DNA from: Bacteroidales bacterium
GTDB taxonomy: Bacteria > Bacteroidota > Bacteroidia > Bacteroidales > B18-G4
Assembly (NCBI GenBank): GCA_029942245.1
Contig: JAOZTN010000004.1
Location: 1-56,497 of the forward strand
Reading direction: 5' to 3'
Length of the DNA: 56,497 nucleotides
In this document: piece after piece, positions 46,404 through 55,900 of the stretch
How the letters are laid out: the number at the start of each line of letters is the position of its first letter
Numbering within the stretch: the first letter of the stretch is position 1
The notes under the pieces: model-generated
What the model was told of the DNA's origin: nothing
The model's input: the letters and a program-made list of their open reading frames with translations, nothing else
The model's database searches: none
Position numbers and translations under genes: made by a program

Positions 46404-46832
46404 TCAGAGCGAAAGCAAAGATAGGTATTTATCTTCTTTGGCAGTCATGGCGGCCTTTTCATCGGGACTTTTATCAGCATAACCACATAAATGAAGGATA
46501 CCATGTATGATCACCCGCCTTACCTCATTTTCTACTGATTGCTGATGCATAGTGGCATTTTCATGCACACGTTCAATACTGATGAAAATATCACCGGATA
46601 CATCCTTTTCATCTTCCCGGTAATCGAAGGCAATTACATCAGTAAGGGTTTCACGCTCCAGAAAGCGTTGATTCAGGTCGAGTAAATAGTCGTCACTGCA
46701 GAAAATGATATTGATCAATCCTGCATTTAATTTCTCTGTCCCGATAACCTCAAGAATCCAATCAAGCACAACAGCCTCATCGTCAAGACGGAAATCAATC
46801 TCTTCAGAAAAGAATTGTATCAGGGTTTCCAT
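46404..46832 (-). CDS. ybeY: rRNA maturation endoribonuclease YbeY
   Basis: 142 aa with the UPF0054 motif HGILHLCGY. Confidence 0.9.
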   Translation of the reverse strand: METLIQFFSEEIDFRLDDEAVVLDWILEVIGTEKLNAGLINIIFCSDDYLLDLNQRFLERETLTDVIAFDYREDEKDVSGDIFISIERVHENATMHQQSVENEVRRVIIHGILHLCGYADKSPDEKAAMTAKEDKYLSLLSL

Positions 46833-46856
46833 GTGAGGGGAGATGGCAAATGGTAT

Positions 46857-47339
46857 TTAAACCTTTTGCTTCTTGGTTTGGAAATATTCATTGAAATGTC
46901 CAATCCTCTTTTTCATGGCTTCATGGCCAATACCTGAAATACGGAAGAACATTTCTACACTGCTACCCTCCTTATTAAATTCGACCTTATCAGACAGGGA
47001 GCGAATCAGGAATAAGCCACGGCTTGTTTGGCTGTTGAAATCAATATCGAGATCCAGCGGATCAGGCACCTCATCAGGGTTATAACCTGTACCTTCATCT
47101 GATACGGTGAATGACAAACCCTTGGGTTTCGATTCAAAAATTATCTGGATCTTTCTGGAGGCATCGCTATTGTTGCCATGAATAAGGGCGTTATTAAATG
47201 CTTCTGTAAGGGCTATCAGGATGTTTCCAAAATAGGTATCGTTGATATTATAGTAATCACAAATCTCTTCGACAAATCTTTCTACGGAACTGATATTTTC
47301 AGGCCTGGAGTCTAATGTTAGTTTTTCCTTCCTACCCAT
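46857..47339 (-). CDS. RsbW/SpoIIAB-like anti-sigma-factor-type serine kinase (HATPase_c_2), orphan
   Basis: 160 aa with N-box-like EAFNNALIHGN and G1-like DEGTGYNP. No STAS or sigma-factor partner is present in the window. Confidence 0.7.
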   Translation of the reverse strand: MGRKEKLTLDSRPENISSVERFVEEICDYYNINDTYFGNILIALTEAFNNALIHGNNSDASRKIQIIFESKPKGLSFTVSDEGTGYNPDEVPDPLDLDIDFNSQTSRGLFLIRSLSDKVEFNKEGSSVEMFFRISGIGHEAMKKRIGHFNEYFQTKKQKV

Positions 47340-47350
47340 GATGGATACAT

Positions 47351-50300
47351 TTAATTACCAAAGTTATAAAAATATTCATTCACTTTGCGTTTATAATATG
47401 GTTTTAAACTGGGTGGAACTGTTTTTAATAGTTCAACTTCTTTAGATAATATTCTTTTATACTCTAAAAAGTTATCAGGGTTACTATATTCCTGGCTTTT
47501 TGCTTCTTTTGATTCCCGGCGCTCTTCTTTTTCACGCTCACGCACTGCTTTTTCATGTTTCAGCAAGCGTGTATATATCTCTTCCTGCCGCTGCATGGTT
47601 TCATTTGTAATCCTTTTATTTACAAGATCTTCCTCGGTTTTTTCCATGTCTTCCATCAGCTCGCTCATGCCACCTTCGCCAGTCTCTCCGGCAGCCTTAA
47701 GTTCATCGAGGTATTCCTGCATCTGCTGACGTAACATTTCCTGTTCTGCTGCCATCCTGGCAAATTCTTCGCTGGGCGACATCCCCCCGGCTTTCCCCTG
47801 TTCACCCTTTTCACCCTCTTCGCCTTTGCTTTTCTGGCCATCTTTCATGCGCTGCATTTGCTGATTTAACTGCTTTTGCATTTCACCCATATTTTGAGGC
47901 ATCGGACTTGGGTTACCCGACCCCGGATTATCACAGCTTCCTGTGCCCTGCATATTCATGTTTTGCTGCTGCAGCATCTGGTTCATTACCTCAGAAAGAA
48001 ACAGTGCAAGGTTGTTCATGGAGGTCATGGCATATTGTTGCGACATGGCAGCATTTCCCTTTTTACGGTCTTGCAGATGGGTGTTGGCATCATCGATGTT
48101 TTCCTTGATCTTGTCAAGCTCTTTATAAACGAAAGGCTTGATCAGGGCTTGTCGTTTGCTTAAAGCATAGAGAGAATCTTCAACAATCTTCATATTCTCT
48201 TCCAGCTCAAACTGGCGCTCCACTATTTTCAGGTACCTGGGGTCGGCATAATTGGTATTGTTCAGGTCGGCAATGATCTCTTCCTGGTCGAAGGACATGA
48301 TGAGCAGGTTTTCCAGTATCTCGCGCAGAACGGAAATGTCTTCTGAGTTTTTTTTAGCTCGCATTTGCGATTGCATCTTAAACAGCATCTGCGCCATCTC
48401 CTTCATTTCTTCTGCAGACTTTTCTTGTGACTCCCCTGCCTTTTTCATTTTGCCCTCATCCAGCTTTTCCAGGCTGTTCTCCATCTCCTCCTGTATACCC
48501 TCCTCCATTTCTTCTGTTTCTTCCATGGGGCGGGATTTTTCCAGTTCCTCGTTCAATTGCTTCAACTCATCAAGTTCTTCGCGCAGCTCTTCAAAATCCT
48601 CGTTCAACGACTCCTGTTCCTCTGACAGCTCCTCGCTATTGTTTTCCTGGTCGCCGGTTTTTTCGGCCAGCTCTTCCTGTTCTTTTGCAAGCTCATTTAG
48701 CTTTTCTATGGCCTCGGTGAGTTTCTTGTCAAACTCCAATTGTTTGAAAAGCTCCAGGTTACGGTCGAGCTCCATTTCAATGTCTTCAGCACTCATTTCC
48801 ATCTTTTCAAGCATCTTCTGAACATCCTCTTTCTGTATATCGTCAAGCATTTTCTGAAGTTCTTCAAACAGCTCCTTCATCTCATCGCTCATGATTTCTT
48901 CAAACAACTCCTGTAGTTCCTGCTGTTTTTGAAGGATGCTCTCGTTCTGCTCTTTGTATTGCTGCTCACGCGTGATGTTTTCATCATTTTTTTTCTGAAG
49001 CAGATCCATTCTTTCCTGCAGCTCCTCCTGTTGCTCAAGGAGGGAACTGATTTGTTCTTTATCCTGCCAGCTAAGCGCTTCCTTGTTGATCAGTTGTTTG
49101 TTAAGTTTTTCAATCTGTTGCTGAAGTATTTGTGATTCGCGGATAATATCCTCCATCTCATCTTTGATCTGGGTATTTTCCGTGTCGGTTTGCTCACTTA
49201 TCTCCTCCAGGCTCGGTGCGCGAAATATCATTTTATGTGAGCGGCTGCTTTTGTATCCGTTTACCTCGTCATTATCCCAGATCTCAAAGTAATACTGTAT
49301 CTCGTCGCCGGGCCCAATGTCGACATTCTCCAGGTTGAAATGATGAAAAACAAGCTGCTTGGAATTTCCTGATGATATAGGAACGGCTTCAGGATAGATG
49401 CGCCCCTCTGTTCTTGTCGAATCGAAATTATTCAGGAATTCATAATTGAAGGTCAGGGAGGTGAAGCCATAATCGTCACTGATCTGGCCACGAAAATATA
49501 GACGCTTATCGTATACTGAATCTTGAAATTCCTCAAAAATAGCAGTGGGGTAAATATCTTTGATCACCGTGATGGCATAAGAAAGGCTGTCGGGATTCAC
49601 CAGGTGTTCGTTGGCTGCTGAAATAGTATAGGCCATGCTCTCCATCAGGCGCTTTTTGTATGAAAATGCATTTGAACCCTGCTCTTCTAAAACAATGCAA
49701 TTGCCCGGAAAATGAAACTCTATCGAACGGGTATCCCTCGTGATTACTTTCCATTCGGCAAAGCTTCCTTCGGGAACCACAAAATCGCCTGTATTTTCAA
49801 ATACTTCATTTTTCTTAGCGGTGTAGCGCGGGTAGGTGAGAAACACCTCATAGTTGGTAATGACAGGACGCGGCAGCACCCTAATGCTGTAAGGACCGAA
49901 ACTATAATCTTCAGCTACGATGCTGAAATGCATATCGTGCTGCAGCTTGTTCATGGTATACGAAAATACCCCGGAGGCTTCTTTACGGAAAGGAATCAGA
50001 TTGGTATTGGCGGACAAATACATCCCGGCAGGCATTTGTTCACCAACAACTTCTACTCTCAAGGTATAATCATCATATTGTACAGCTTCCATTCTGTCGT
50101 TCAGGATATGGAGGGTAAACGGGAGCGGGCGTTCAAATTCAGCCCTGTGCCTGATCAGTCTTTTAGAAGGTGCCGTGATCATGGATGGGGATGCAAGCAG
50201 CAGTATGATCAAAAGCAGCAGGGGAGGGATGGCGTATTTCAGATACTTCCTGTTTTTGCGGTAGTCGACTGCCCTGACGAAGGGAACCGGGTGAAGGCTT

Positions 50301-50710
50301 TTTGTTTTTTGGTCGATACTGGCCTCAAGTAGTTCCAGCGCAATGTTTTCTTTACTGAGCTTTTTCAGCTGCAGGGTGTTGATCAGCTTATCCCGGACTT
50401 CAGGAAAGTGCTCGCCAATGATAGATGCCGCCTCCTCTTCCCCCATGGTTTTTCCAATCCTGAAAAGCTTAAATAATGGAATGATGATCAGCCTGATCAG
50501 GATAAGGATGTTCAGTCCAACGTATGCGTAAAACAAGGCCGTTCGTACCCGTGGACTGCTCCAGGTATAGTATTCGAAGGCTGTGATCAGGAGAAAAAAG
50601 AAAACAAATACTGCCACAAACCATATCACACCACGAAACAGCCGGCTCATGTAATATTTACGAATGAAGCGGTCGAGCTTACGGATCAGTATGTTGTAAT
50701 TTTCCTGCAT
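47351..50710 (-). CDS. DUF4175-like giant membrane-anchored protein with E/K/Q/M-rich coiled-coil region
   Basis: 1119 aa with two N-terminal TM helices and a third around aa 165. A beta-rich middle part (..YYFEIWDNDEVNGYKSS..) is followed by several hundred residues of acidic, low-complexity coiled coil. Confidence 0.7.
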   Translation of the reverse strand: MQENYNILIRKLDRFIRKYYMSRLFRGVIWFVAVFVFFFLLITAFEYYTWSSPRVRTALFYAYVGLNILILIRLIIIPLFKLFRIGKTMGEEEAASIIGEHFPEVRDKLINTLQLKKLSKENIALELLEASIDQKTKSLHPVPFVRAVDYRKNRKYLKYAIPPLLLLIILLLASPSMITAPSKRLIRHRAEFERPLPFTLHILNDRMEAVQYDDYTLRVEVVGEQMPAGMYLSANTNLIPFRKEASGVFSYTMNKLQHDMHFSIVAEDYSFGPYSIRVLPRPVITNYEVFLTYPRYTAKKNEVFENTGDFVVPEGSFAEWKVITRDTRSIEFHFPGNCIVLEEQGSNAFSYKKRLMESMAYTISAANEHLVNPDSLSYAITVIKDIYPTAIFEEFQDSVYDKRLYFRGQISDDYGFTSLTFNYEFLNNFDSTRTEGRIYPEAVPISSGNSKQLVFHHFNLENVDIGPGDEIQYYFEIWDNDEVNGYKSSRSHKMIFRAPSLEEISEQTDTENTQIKDEMEDIIRESQILQQQIEKLNKQLINKEALSWQDKEQISSLLEQQEELQERMDLLQKKNDENITREQQYKEQNESILQKQQELQELFEEIMSDEMKELFEELQKMLDDIQKEDVQKMLEKMEMSAEDIEMELDRNLELFKQLEFDKKLTEAIEKLNELAKEQEELAEKTGDQENNSEELSEEQESLNEDFEELREELDELKQLNEELEKSRPMEETEEMEEGIQEEMENSLEKLDEGKMKKAGESQEKSAEEMKEMAQMLFKMQSQMRAKKNSEDISVLREILENLLIMSFDQEEIIADLNNTNYADPRYLKIVERQFELEENMKIVEDSLYALSKRQALIKPFVYKELDKIKENIDDANTHLQDRKKGNAAMSQQYAMTSMNNLALFLSEVMNQMLQQQNMNMQGTGSCDNPGSGNPSPMPQNMGEMQKQLNQQMQRMKDGQKSKGEEGEKGEQGKAGGMSPSEEFARMAAEQEMLRQQMQEYLDELKAAGETGEGGMSELMEDMEKTEEDLVNKRITNETMQRQEEIYTRLLKHEKAVREREKEERRESKEAKSQEYSNPDNFLEYKRILSKEVELLKTVPPSLKPYYKRKVNEYFYNFGN

Positions 50711-50932
50711 TACGCTTTAAGGCTATTGTATGTGAACGAAGTCACAAAAGCAATTATTTCAGCCTAGCATACAAAGGTATGTATTCAGCCACGATTTCAT
50801 ATCAAATCATCAATTTGTGCTGTAAAACTGTATAGAAATGATACAAGAGCCAATAGATTAAACAAAAATCATCCCAATATGTTAAGTAATTGACTAATAT
50901 TGAGCCCTCAAATAAACAAACAAAACACAAAA

Positions 50933-52897
50933 ATGAAAAAACTGACCCTCTTATCTGCCATTTTACTAATTTCTGCTGTTGTATTTGGACAGTGGAACGA
51001 ATCTGAGGATGCCCATTTCGGCTGTAATCATGCCAAGGGACAACACCACAAAGGAGCTGATGCCATGTTTTATTTTCAGGAAGACCTGATGTGGGATTAT
51101 GATGTAACGTTTTACTTTCTCGACATAGAAGTTAGCCCAACCAGCATTGCTGTTGGCGGCAACGTCAGCATCCATGCGGAGGTGGTTTCCCCAAGTATGG
51201 ACACACTGGTCCTTGAATATACGGATGGTATGTTTGTTGATTCGGCCTTTGTTGACGGGATCATGGTAACGCCTTACCATACCAACAACCATATTTATAT
51301 GCTCCTGCCATCAACCCTGAACCAGGGAGATAATTTCGTTGCGCAGGTTTATTATCACGGTGTTCCACCCACCGGAGGCTTCTTTTCGGGTGTGTCAAAC
51401 GCGTATTCCAATTTCTGGGGCAAGCATGTAACGTGGACTCTTTCGGAGCCCTACGGTGCCCGCGATTGGTTTCCGGTAAAACAGGTATTGCCCGACAAGG
51501 CTGATTCCTGCTGGGTATTTCTTACTACAGACGCAGAATATACTGCTGGTTCACAGGGTATGCTTACTGCTGTTACCCCCATGCCCGACAACAAGCTCAG
51601 GTATGAATGGAAGTCGCAATACCCTATTGCGTATTACCTGATTTCTTTTGCAGTGGCTGATTATTTAGAGTATGATGTTTATGCACATCCGGAGGAGATG
51701 GGAACAGATTCTCTGCTTATCCAGAACTTTCTTTATGATCATCCCGACATGCTTAATGCCGTGAAGGATGATGTAGATGAAACCGTTAATTTTATTGAAC
51801 TCTTTTCCGATCTTTATATTCTCTATCCTTTCCATGAAGAAAAGTATGGCCATTGCCTTACACAGCTGGGAGGTGGTATGGAGCACCAGACCATGACCAC
51901 CATCGGTGGGTTTAACTATGACCTGGTATCTCACGAGCTCGGCCATATGTGGTTTGGCGACAACGTGACCTGTGCCACCTGGTCTGATATCTGGATCAAC
52001 GAAGGCTTTGCCTCTTATGGCGAATACCTCGCAAGAGAGCACCTGCTGAGCCAGTCATCAGCCAGTAGCTGGATGAATTCAACGCACTACAATGTGCTGT
52101 CACAGCCCGATGGAAGTGTATATGTTCCACCGGAAGAGCTGGACAATATCGGAAGGATATTCAACGGCAGGCTTTCTTATGACAAAGGGGCTTCCATCAT
52201 TCATATGATCCGCTTCGAACTTAATAACGACAGTATCTTTTTTGCCATCCTCGATGAGTTTCAGACTCAGTATACCGACAGCACGGCTACCGGTGATGAC
52301 TTTAAAGCCGTTGTTGAAGATCTGAGCGGTATGGATTTCACCGACTTCTTTAACCAATGGTATTATGGAGAGGGATACCCGATCTATAGCATCGTATGGA
52401 ACCAGACCCCTGAAGGGTTGAATATGAATGTTACCCAGACCACATCTTATCCTTCTGTTACGCCATTTTTTAAAATGCACATGGAGTACAGGATTCTAAC
52501 AACTGAAGTGGATACCATGATCAGGCTGTACCAGGATGCCAATTTTAATCAGTACACCATCCCCCTGCCGGGAGAAGTGGCTGCCATTATGATCGATCCC
52601 GATAACTGGGTACTGAATAAGATAGGTTCTGTTGTTGTAGGTGTAGAAGAGGATGAGAACCCGGTGTTCTTCACCTTCGGTCCTAACCCTGCCAGTGAAA
52701 GCATCAATCTTTTTATGGCTAATTCCTCGGATGAAGTTCAGATAAGCATACTGGATATCACAGGGAAGACCATGATAGAAACCCGCGAAACAGGCGGAAC
52801 CATCAAGATCAATACTTCCGACCTTCCCAAAGGCTCCTATCTGATAAGGTTGCAGAATGAGGATGCTGCCTTTACACGTAGGTTTGTGAAAATTTAG
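50933..52897 (+). CDS. M1 family zinc aminopeptidase with T9SS C-terminal sorting domain
   Basis: Motifs HELGHMWFG and WINEGFASY are present, with a signal peptide after the ATG at 50933 (MKKLTLLSAILLISAVVFG). C-terminus FGPNPASESINL...GSYLIRLQNEDAAFTRRFVKI. Confidence 0.9.
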   Translation: MKKLTLLSAILLISAVVFGQWNESEDAHFGCNHAKGQHHKGADAMFYFQEDLMWDYDVTFYFLDIEVSPTSIAVGGNVSIHAEVVSPSMDTLVLEYTDGMFVDSAFVDGIMVTPYHTNNHIYMLLPSTLNQGDNFVAQVYYHGVPPTGGFFSGVSNAYSNFWGKHVTWTLSEPYGARDWFPVKQVLPDKADSCWVFLTTDAEYTAGSQGMLTAVTPMPDNKLRYEWKSQYPIAYYLISFAVADYLEYDVYAHPEEMGTDSLLIQNFLYDHPDMLNAVKDDVDETVNFIELFSDLYILYPFHEEKYGHCLTQLGGGMEHQTMTTIGGFNYDLVSHELGHMWFGDNVTCATWSDIWINEGFASYGEYLAREHLLSQSSASSWMNSTHYNVLSQPDGSVYVPPEELDNIGRIFNGRLSYDKGASIIHMIRFELNNDSIFFAILDEFQTQYTDSTATGDDFKAVVEDLSGMDFTDFFNQWYYGEGYPIYSIVWNQTPEGLNMNVTQTTSYPSVTPFFKMHMEYRILTTEVDTMIRLYQDANFNQYTIPLPGEVAAIMIDPDNWVLNKIGSVVVGVEEDENPVFFTFGPNPASESINLFMANSSDEVQISILDITGKTMIETRETGGTIKINTSDLPKGSYLIRLQNEDAAFTRRFVKI

Positions 52898-52923
52898 GAA
52901 CCGGCATCAGGTAAAGGTTAAAA

Positions 52924-52978
52924 GGCATATGGCACATGGCATAAGTTTCCATGTTTCAAGTCTCGAGTCTTAAGTTTC
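52924..52978. repeat. run of degenerate heptamer arrays (GGCATAT GGCACAT GGCATAA ... CAAGTCT CGAGTCT TAAGTTT)
   Basis: Read directly: period 7 with one phase slip. Confidence 0.7.
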
Positions 52979-53005
52979 TATATAAATTCATTCCAACAGT
53001 ACTTC

Positions 53006-53026
53006 CCTGCACCCTGTACCTTGCAC
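53006..53026. repeat. degenerate heptamer array CCTGCAC CCTGTAC CTTGCAC
   Basis: Read directly: 3 units. Confidence 0.75.
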
Positions 53027-53034
53027 CTTTTATT

Positions 53035-53042
53035 TATCTTTG
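53035..53042 (+). promoter_or_regulatory. candidate -7 promoter box (TATCTTTG) for gltX
   Basis: Matches TAnnTTTG and lies 18 nt upstream of the ATG at 53061. Confidence 0.5.
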
Positions 53043-53060
53043 CCGGCATAAATATTTACT

Positions 53061-54590
53061 ATGACAAAAGAAATTCGTGTCCGTTTTGCACCCAGCCCAA
53101 CCGGCCCGCTACATATCGGGGGTGTAAGGACAGCCTTGTATAATTACCTTTTCGCAAAACACAATAAGGGGAAGATGATCCTCCGAATAGAGGATACCGA
53201 TCAAACCAGGTTTGTACCCGGGGCAGAAGACTATATTGTTGAGTCATTCAAATGGTGTGGCATTAAATTCGACGAGGGTGTAGATGTTGGCGGTGAATAT
53301 GGCCCCTACCGGCAATCGGAGAGAAAATCGATATACCTGGACTATGCTGACAGGCTGGTAAAAAGCGGCCATGCTTATTATGCTTTCGATACACCTGAAG
53401 AACTTGGGGGTATGCGCAAAGAACTTGAGGCTGCCGGTGCCAGGTATACCAGTTATAATGTCGAATCGCGGAAGAAAATGAGTAACTCATTGACCTTATC
53501 GAACGAAGAGGTCATGCGCAGGCTCTCTGTTGGCGAGGCATATGTGATTCGTTTCAAGATGCCGGAAAATGAAATGATCATCCTCCATGACGAGATCAGA
53601 AAAGATGTTGAAGTACATTCTTCTACACTGGACGATAAAGTGCTATATAAGTCCGACGGCATGCCCACCTATCATCTTGCGAACGTGGTAGATGACTACC
53701 TGATGAAGATCAGCCATGTAATTCGTGGGGAAGAGTGGTTACCATCATTGCCCTTGCATGTATTGCTGTATCGCCACCTGGGCTGGGAAGATGTCATGCC
53801 GAAATTTGCACATCTCCCCCTTCTTATGAAGCCTGACGGCAAAGGCAAACTGAGCAAGCGAGATGGAGACCGGATGGGATTCCCGGTATTTCCCCTGGAG
53901 TGGAAAGACCCCAAAAATGATGAGATTTCCCGTGGCTACAGGGAGGATGGTTATTTCCCGGATGCCTTTGTAAATATGCTGGCCCTGCTGGGCTGGAACC
54001 CCGGAACAGAACAGGAAATATTCGATATGGCAGGACTTGCCGAGCAGTTTAGCCTTGAGCGAGTGAATAAGTCGGGGGCGAGGTTTGATCCGGAGAAAGC
54101 AAAGTGGTTCAATCATCAATATCTCATAGAGAAGAGCGATGAAGAACTGGCAGAAGCTTTTGCTTCGATTGTAGAATCCAAAGGGTGCCAGATACCGGGT
54201 ACCGGGTACATGGAGAGAGTTGTTGGGCTGGTGAAGGAAAGGGTAAATTTTGTGCATGAGATCTGGGACCAGGCTTCTTTCTTTTTTGAAGCACCAACAT
54301 TTTATGATGAGAAGACGGTGAAGAAACGCTGGAAAGATAATACCGGGCAGTTGCTGACCGATGTATTAAGTATAATTAGGGCATCAGATCCTTTCGAAAG
54401 GGATGTCATCCACGACAAAGTAGCAGCCTATCTTGAAGAGAAAGAGATCGGTATGGGACAGGTGATGATCGGAATGCGCCTGTGTCTGGTTGGCAGTGGT
54501 ACGGGTCCTGACCTTTTTACCATCATGGAAATGATAGGGATTGAGGAGACGATTGCAAGGATTGAAAAGGGGATTCAAGAGCTCTCATAA
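53061..54590 (+). CDS. gltX: glutamate--tRNA ligase
   Basis: 509 aa with RFAPSPTGPLHIGGVRTALYNY (HIGH motif) and KLSKR (KMSKS motif). Confidence 0.97.
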   Translation: MTKEIRVRFAPSPTGPLHIGGVRTALYNYLFAKHNKGKMILRIEDTDQTRFVPGAEDYIVESFKWCGIKFDEGVDVGGEYGPYRQSERKSIYLDYADRLVKSGHAYYAFDTPEELGGMRKELEAAGARYTSYNVESRKKMSNSLTLSNEEVMRRLSVGEAYVIRFKMPENEMIILHDEIRKDVEVHSSTLDDKVLYKSDGMPTYHLANVVDDYLMKISHVIRGEEWLPSLPLHVLLYRHLGWEDVMPKFAHLPLLMKPDGKGKLSKRDGDRMGFPVFPLEWKDPKNDEISRGYREDGYFPDAFVNMLALLGWNPGTEQEIFDMAGLAEQFSLERVNKSGARFDPEKAKWFNHQYLIEKSDEELAEAFASIVESKGCQIPGTGYMERVVGLVKERVNFVHEIWDQASFFFEAPTFYDEKTVKKRWKDNTGQLLTDVLSIIRASDPFERDVIHDKVAAYLEEKEIGMGQVMIGMRLCLVGSGTGPDLFTIMEMIGIEETIARIEKGIQELS

Positions 54591-54681
54591 TGCCATAAGA
54601 TATCGTAGACAGGTGAACTCTTAGTGGCTGAGTGCGTTACTTTAATAGTATACCGACACTCATCTCACTAACTCACTAGTT

Positions 54682-55236
54682 ATGCCTAACATTCCATCAA
54701 TTAAGAAAAATGAATCACTTTCTAATGTATTTGCAAGGTTTAATACGGGCATTGAAAAGCCACTTATGGAGTTTCATGAGGTATTAATGCGGAGTGAGGA
54801 CTCTCCTTTCTCTGAGGCAGAAAGGGAATTGCTTGCTGCTTATGTTTCCGGAGTCATGAACGATTGCGGATACTGTTTAAACATACATACACTTGTAGCC
54901 GTTGAGTTTGGGGCTGAAGAAGACTTGGTTGAAAGATTATTGAAAGATATAGACAGCTCCGGAGTTGATGAAAAACTGAAGCCTGTATTGCGGTATGTAA
55001 AAAAATTAACACTGACCCCATATAAAATGATTGATGCTGATACAGAGGCAATATTTGAGGCCGGTTGGGATGAAAGGGCCCTGTATGATGCACTTCTGAT
55101 TTGCTGTACCTGGAATTTCATGAATCGGTTTGTTGAGGGCGTGGGAATCGAGCTTAGTCAGGAGCAATATGCAGCCTCGGCAAAGATGCTGGCAAAGGGA
55201 TATGCACCCATCATTGAAAAGTATAATCTGAAGTAA
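54682..55236 (+). CDS. AhpD-like / carboxymuconolactone decarboxylase family peroxidase-related protein
   Basis: 184 aa with a CxxC motif in context (MNDCGYCLNIH), typical of the AhpD core domain. Confidence 0.7.
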   Translation: MPNIPSIKKNESLSNVFARFNTGIEKPLMEFHEVLMRSEDSPFSEAERELLAAYVSGVMNDCGYCLNIHTLVAVEFGAEEDLVERLLKDIDSSGVDEKLKPVLRYVKKLTLTPYKMIDADTEAIFEAGWDERALYDALLICCTWNFMNRFVEGVGIELSQEQYAASAKMLAKGYAPIIEKYNLK

Positions 55237-55317
55237 TATCCTTATTTAGAATAAATTCAGTCGCGGGTATCGTCGTAAATTATTAATATTGTCGGGACAA
55301 AATACGGTTTAAGGCAA

Positions 55318-55671
55318 ATGTCAACGATATCGATAGAACAAATGGAGTTTTATGCCTACCATGGCTGCTTTAAGGAAGAGCAGATCATAGGCACCCGATT
55401 TCTTGTTGATCTTTACCTTGAAACCAATACGGGTAAAGCAGAAAGAACAGACGACCTGATTGACACAGTGAACTATCAGGAAGTTTATTTGTTAGTGAAG
55501 ACAGAAATGGAGATCAAGTCAAAATTACTTGAACATGTAGGAAGGCGGATACTTGATGCAGTAAGAGGAAAATACCCCCAGATTGCATCTGCTGAATTAA
55601 AGATTTCCAAGATGAATCCACCCCTGGGTGGGAAAATGAAAAATGTAAGCCTTACAATGCGCGCAGAATGA
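55318..55671 (+). CDS. folB: dihydroneopterin aldolase
   Basis: 117 aa, FolB-like (FYAYHGCFKEEQIIGTRFLVDL...VNYQEVY...KMNPP). Confidence 0.9.
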   Translation: MSTISIEQMEFYAYHGCFKEEQIIGTRFLVDLYLETNTGKAERTDDLIDTVNYQEVYLLVKTEMEIKSKLLEHVGRRILDAVRGKYPQIASAELKISKMNPPLGGKMKNVSLTMRAE

Positions 55672-55865
55672 AACGTGAAGACAGAAAATACAAGGTAAAA
55701 GAGATTAGTTGTCAGTGTGGCCATAGCTTTGAATGCCTGAGCCCCGATTCCTGCCTTTGCAGCGGCAATGTGGAGCTAAAACGTTCCGGAGTGGATGTTT
55801 CAAAGCTCAAGAGCCCCTGCCTTTGTCCCGAGTGCCTCAAGGTTGCTACGGGGAATGTAAAGTAG
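55668..55865 (+). CDS. cysteine-rich CWC-family small protein
   Basis: 65 aa with 8 Cys in CQCGHSFEC, CLCSG and CLCPEC patterns. It has an ATGA overlap with folB. Confidence 0.6.
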   Translation: MKREDRKYKVKEISCQCGHSFECLSPDSCLCSGNVELKRSGVDVSKLKSPCLCPECLKVATGNVK

Positions 55866-55872
55866 TTTTCCT

Positions 55873-55900
55873 GGTTACTGGTCACTGGCTTCTGGTTACT
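55873..55900. repeat. left arm of 28-bp inverted repeat, itself a heptamer array (GGTTACT GGTCACT GGCTTCT GGTTACT)
   Basis: It is complementary to 56342-56369 at 26 of 28 positions and overlaps the stop codon of the four-helix-bundle gene. Confidence 0.9.

Noticed and set aside
48252-48821. 189-aa Ser-rich plus-strand ORF, with neighbours at 48427-48720 and 47876-48163
   Set aside because: It is the mirror image of the GAA/GAG/AAG-rich coiled-coil tract of the DUF4175-like gene on the minus strand, an artefact of low-complexity coding sequence.
53745-54257. 170-aa minus-strand ORF
   Set aside because: It lies inside gltX on the opposite strand. gltX carries HIGH and KMSKS motifs and is unambiguous.
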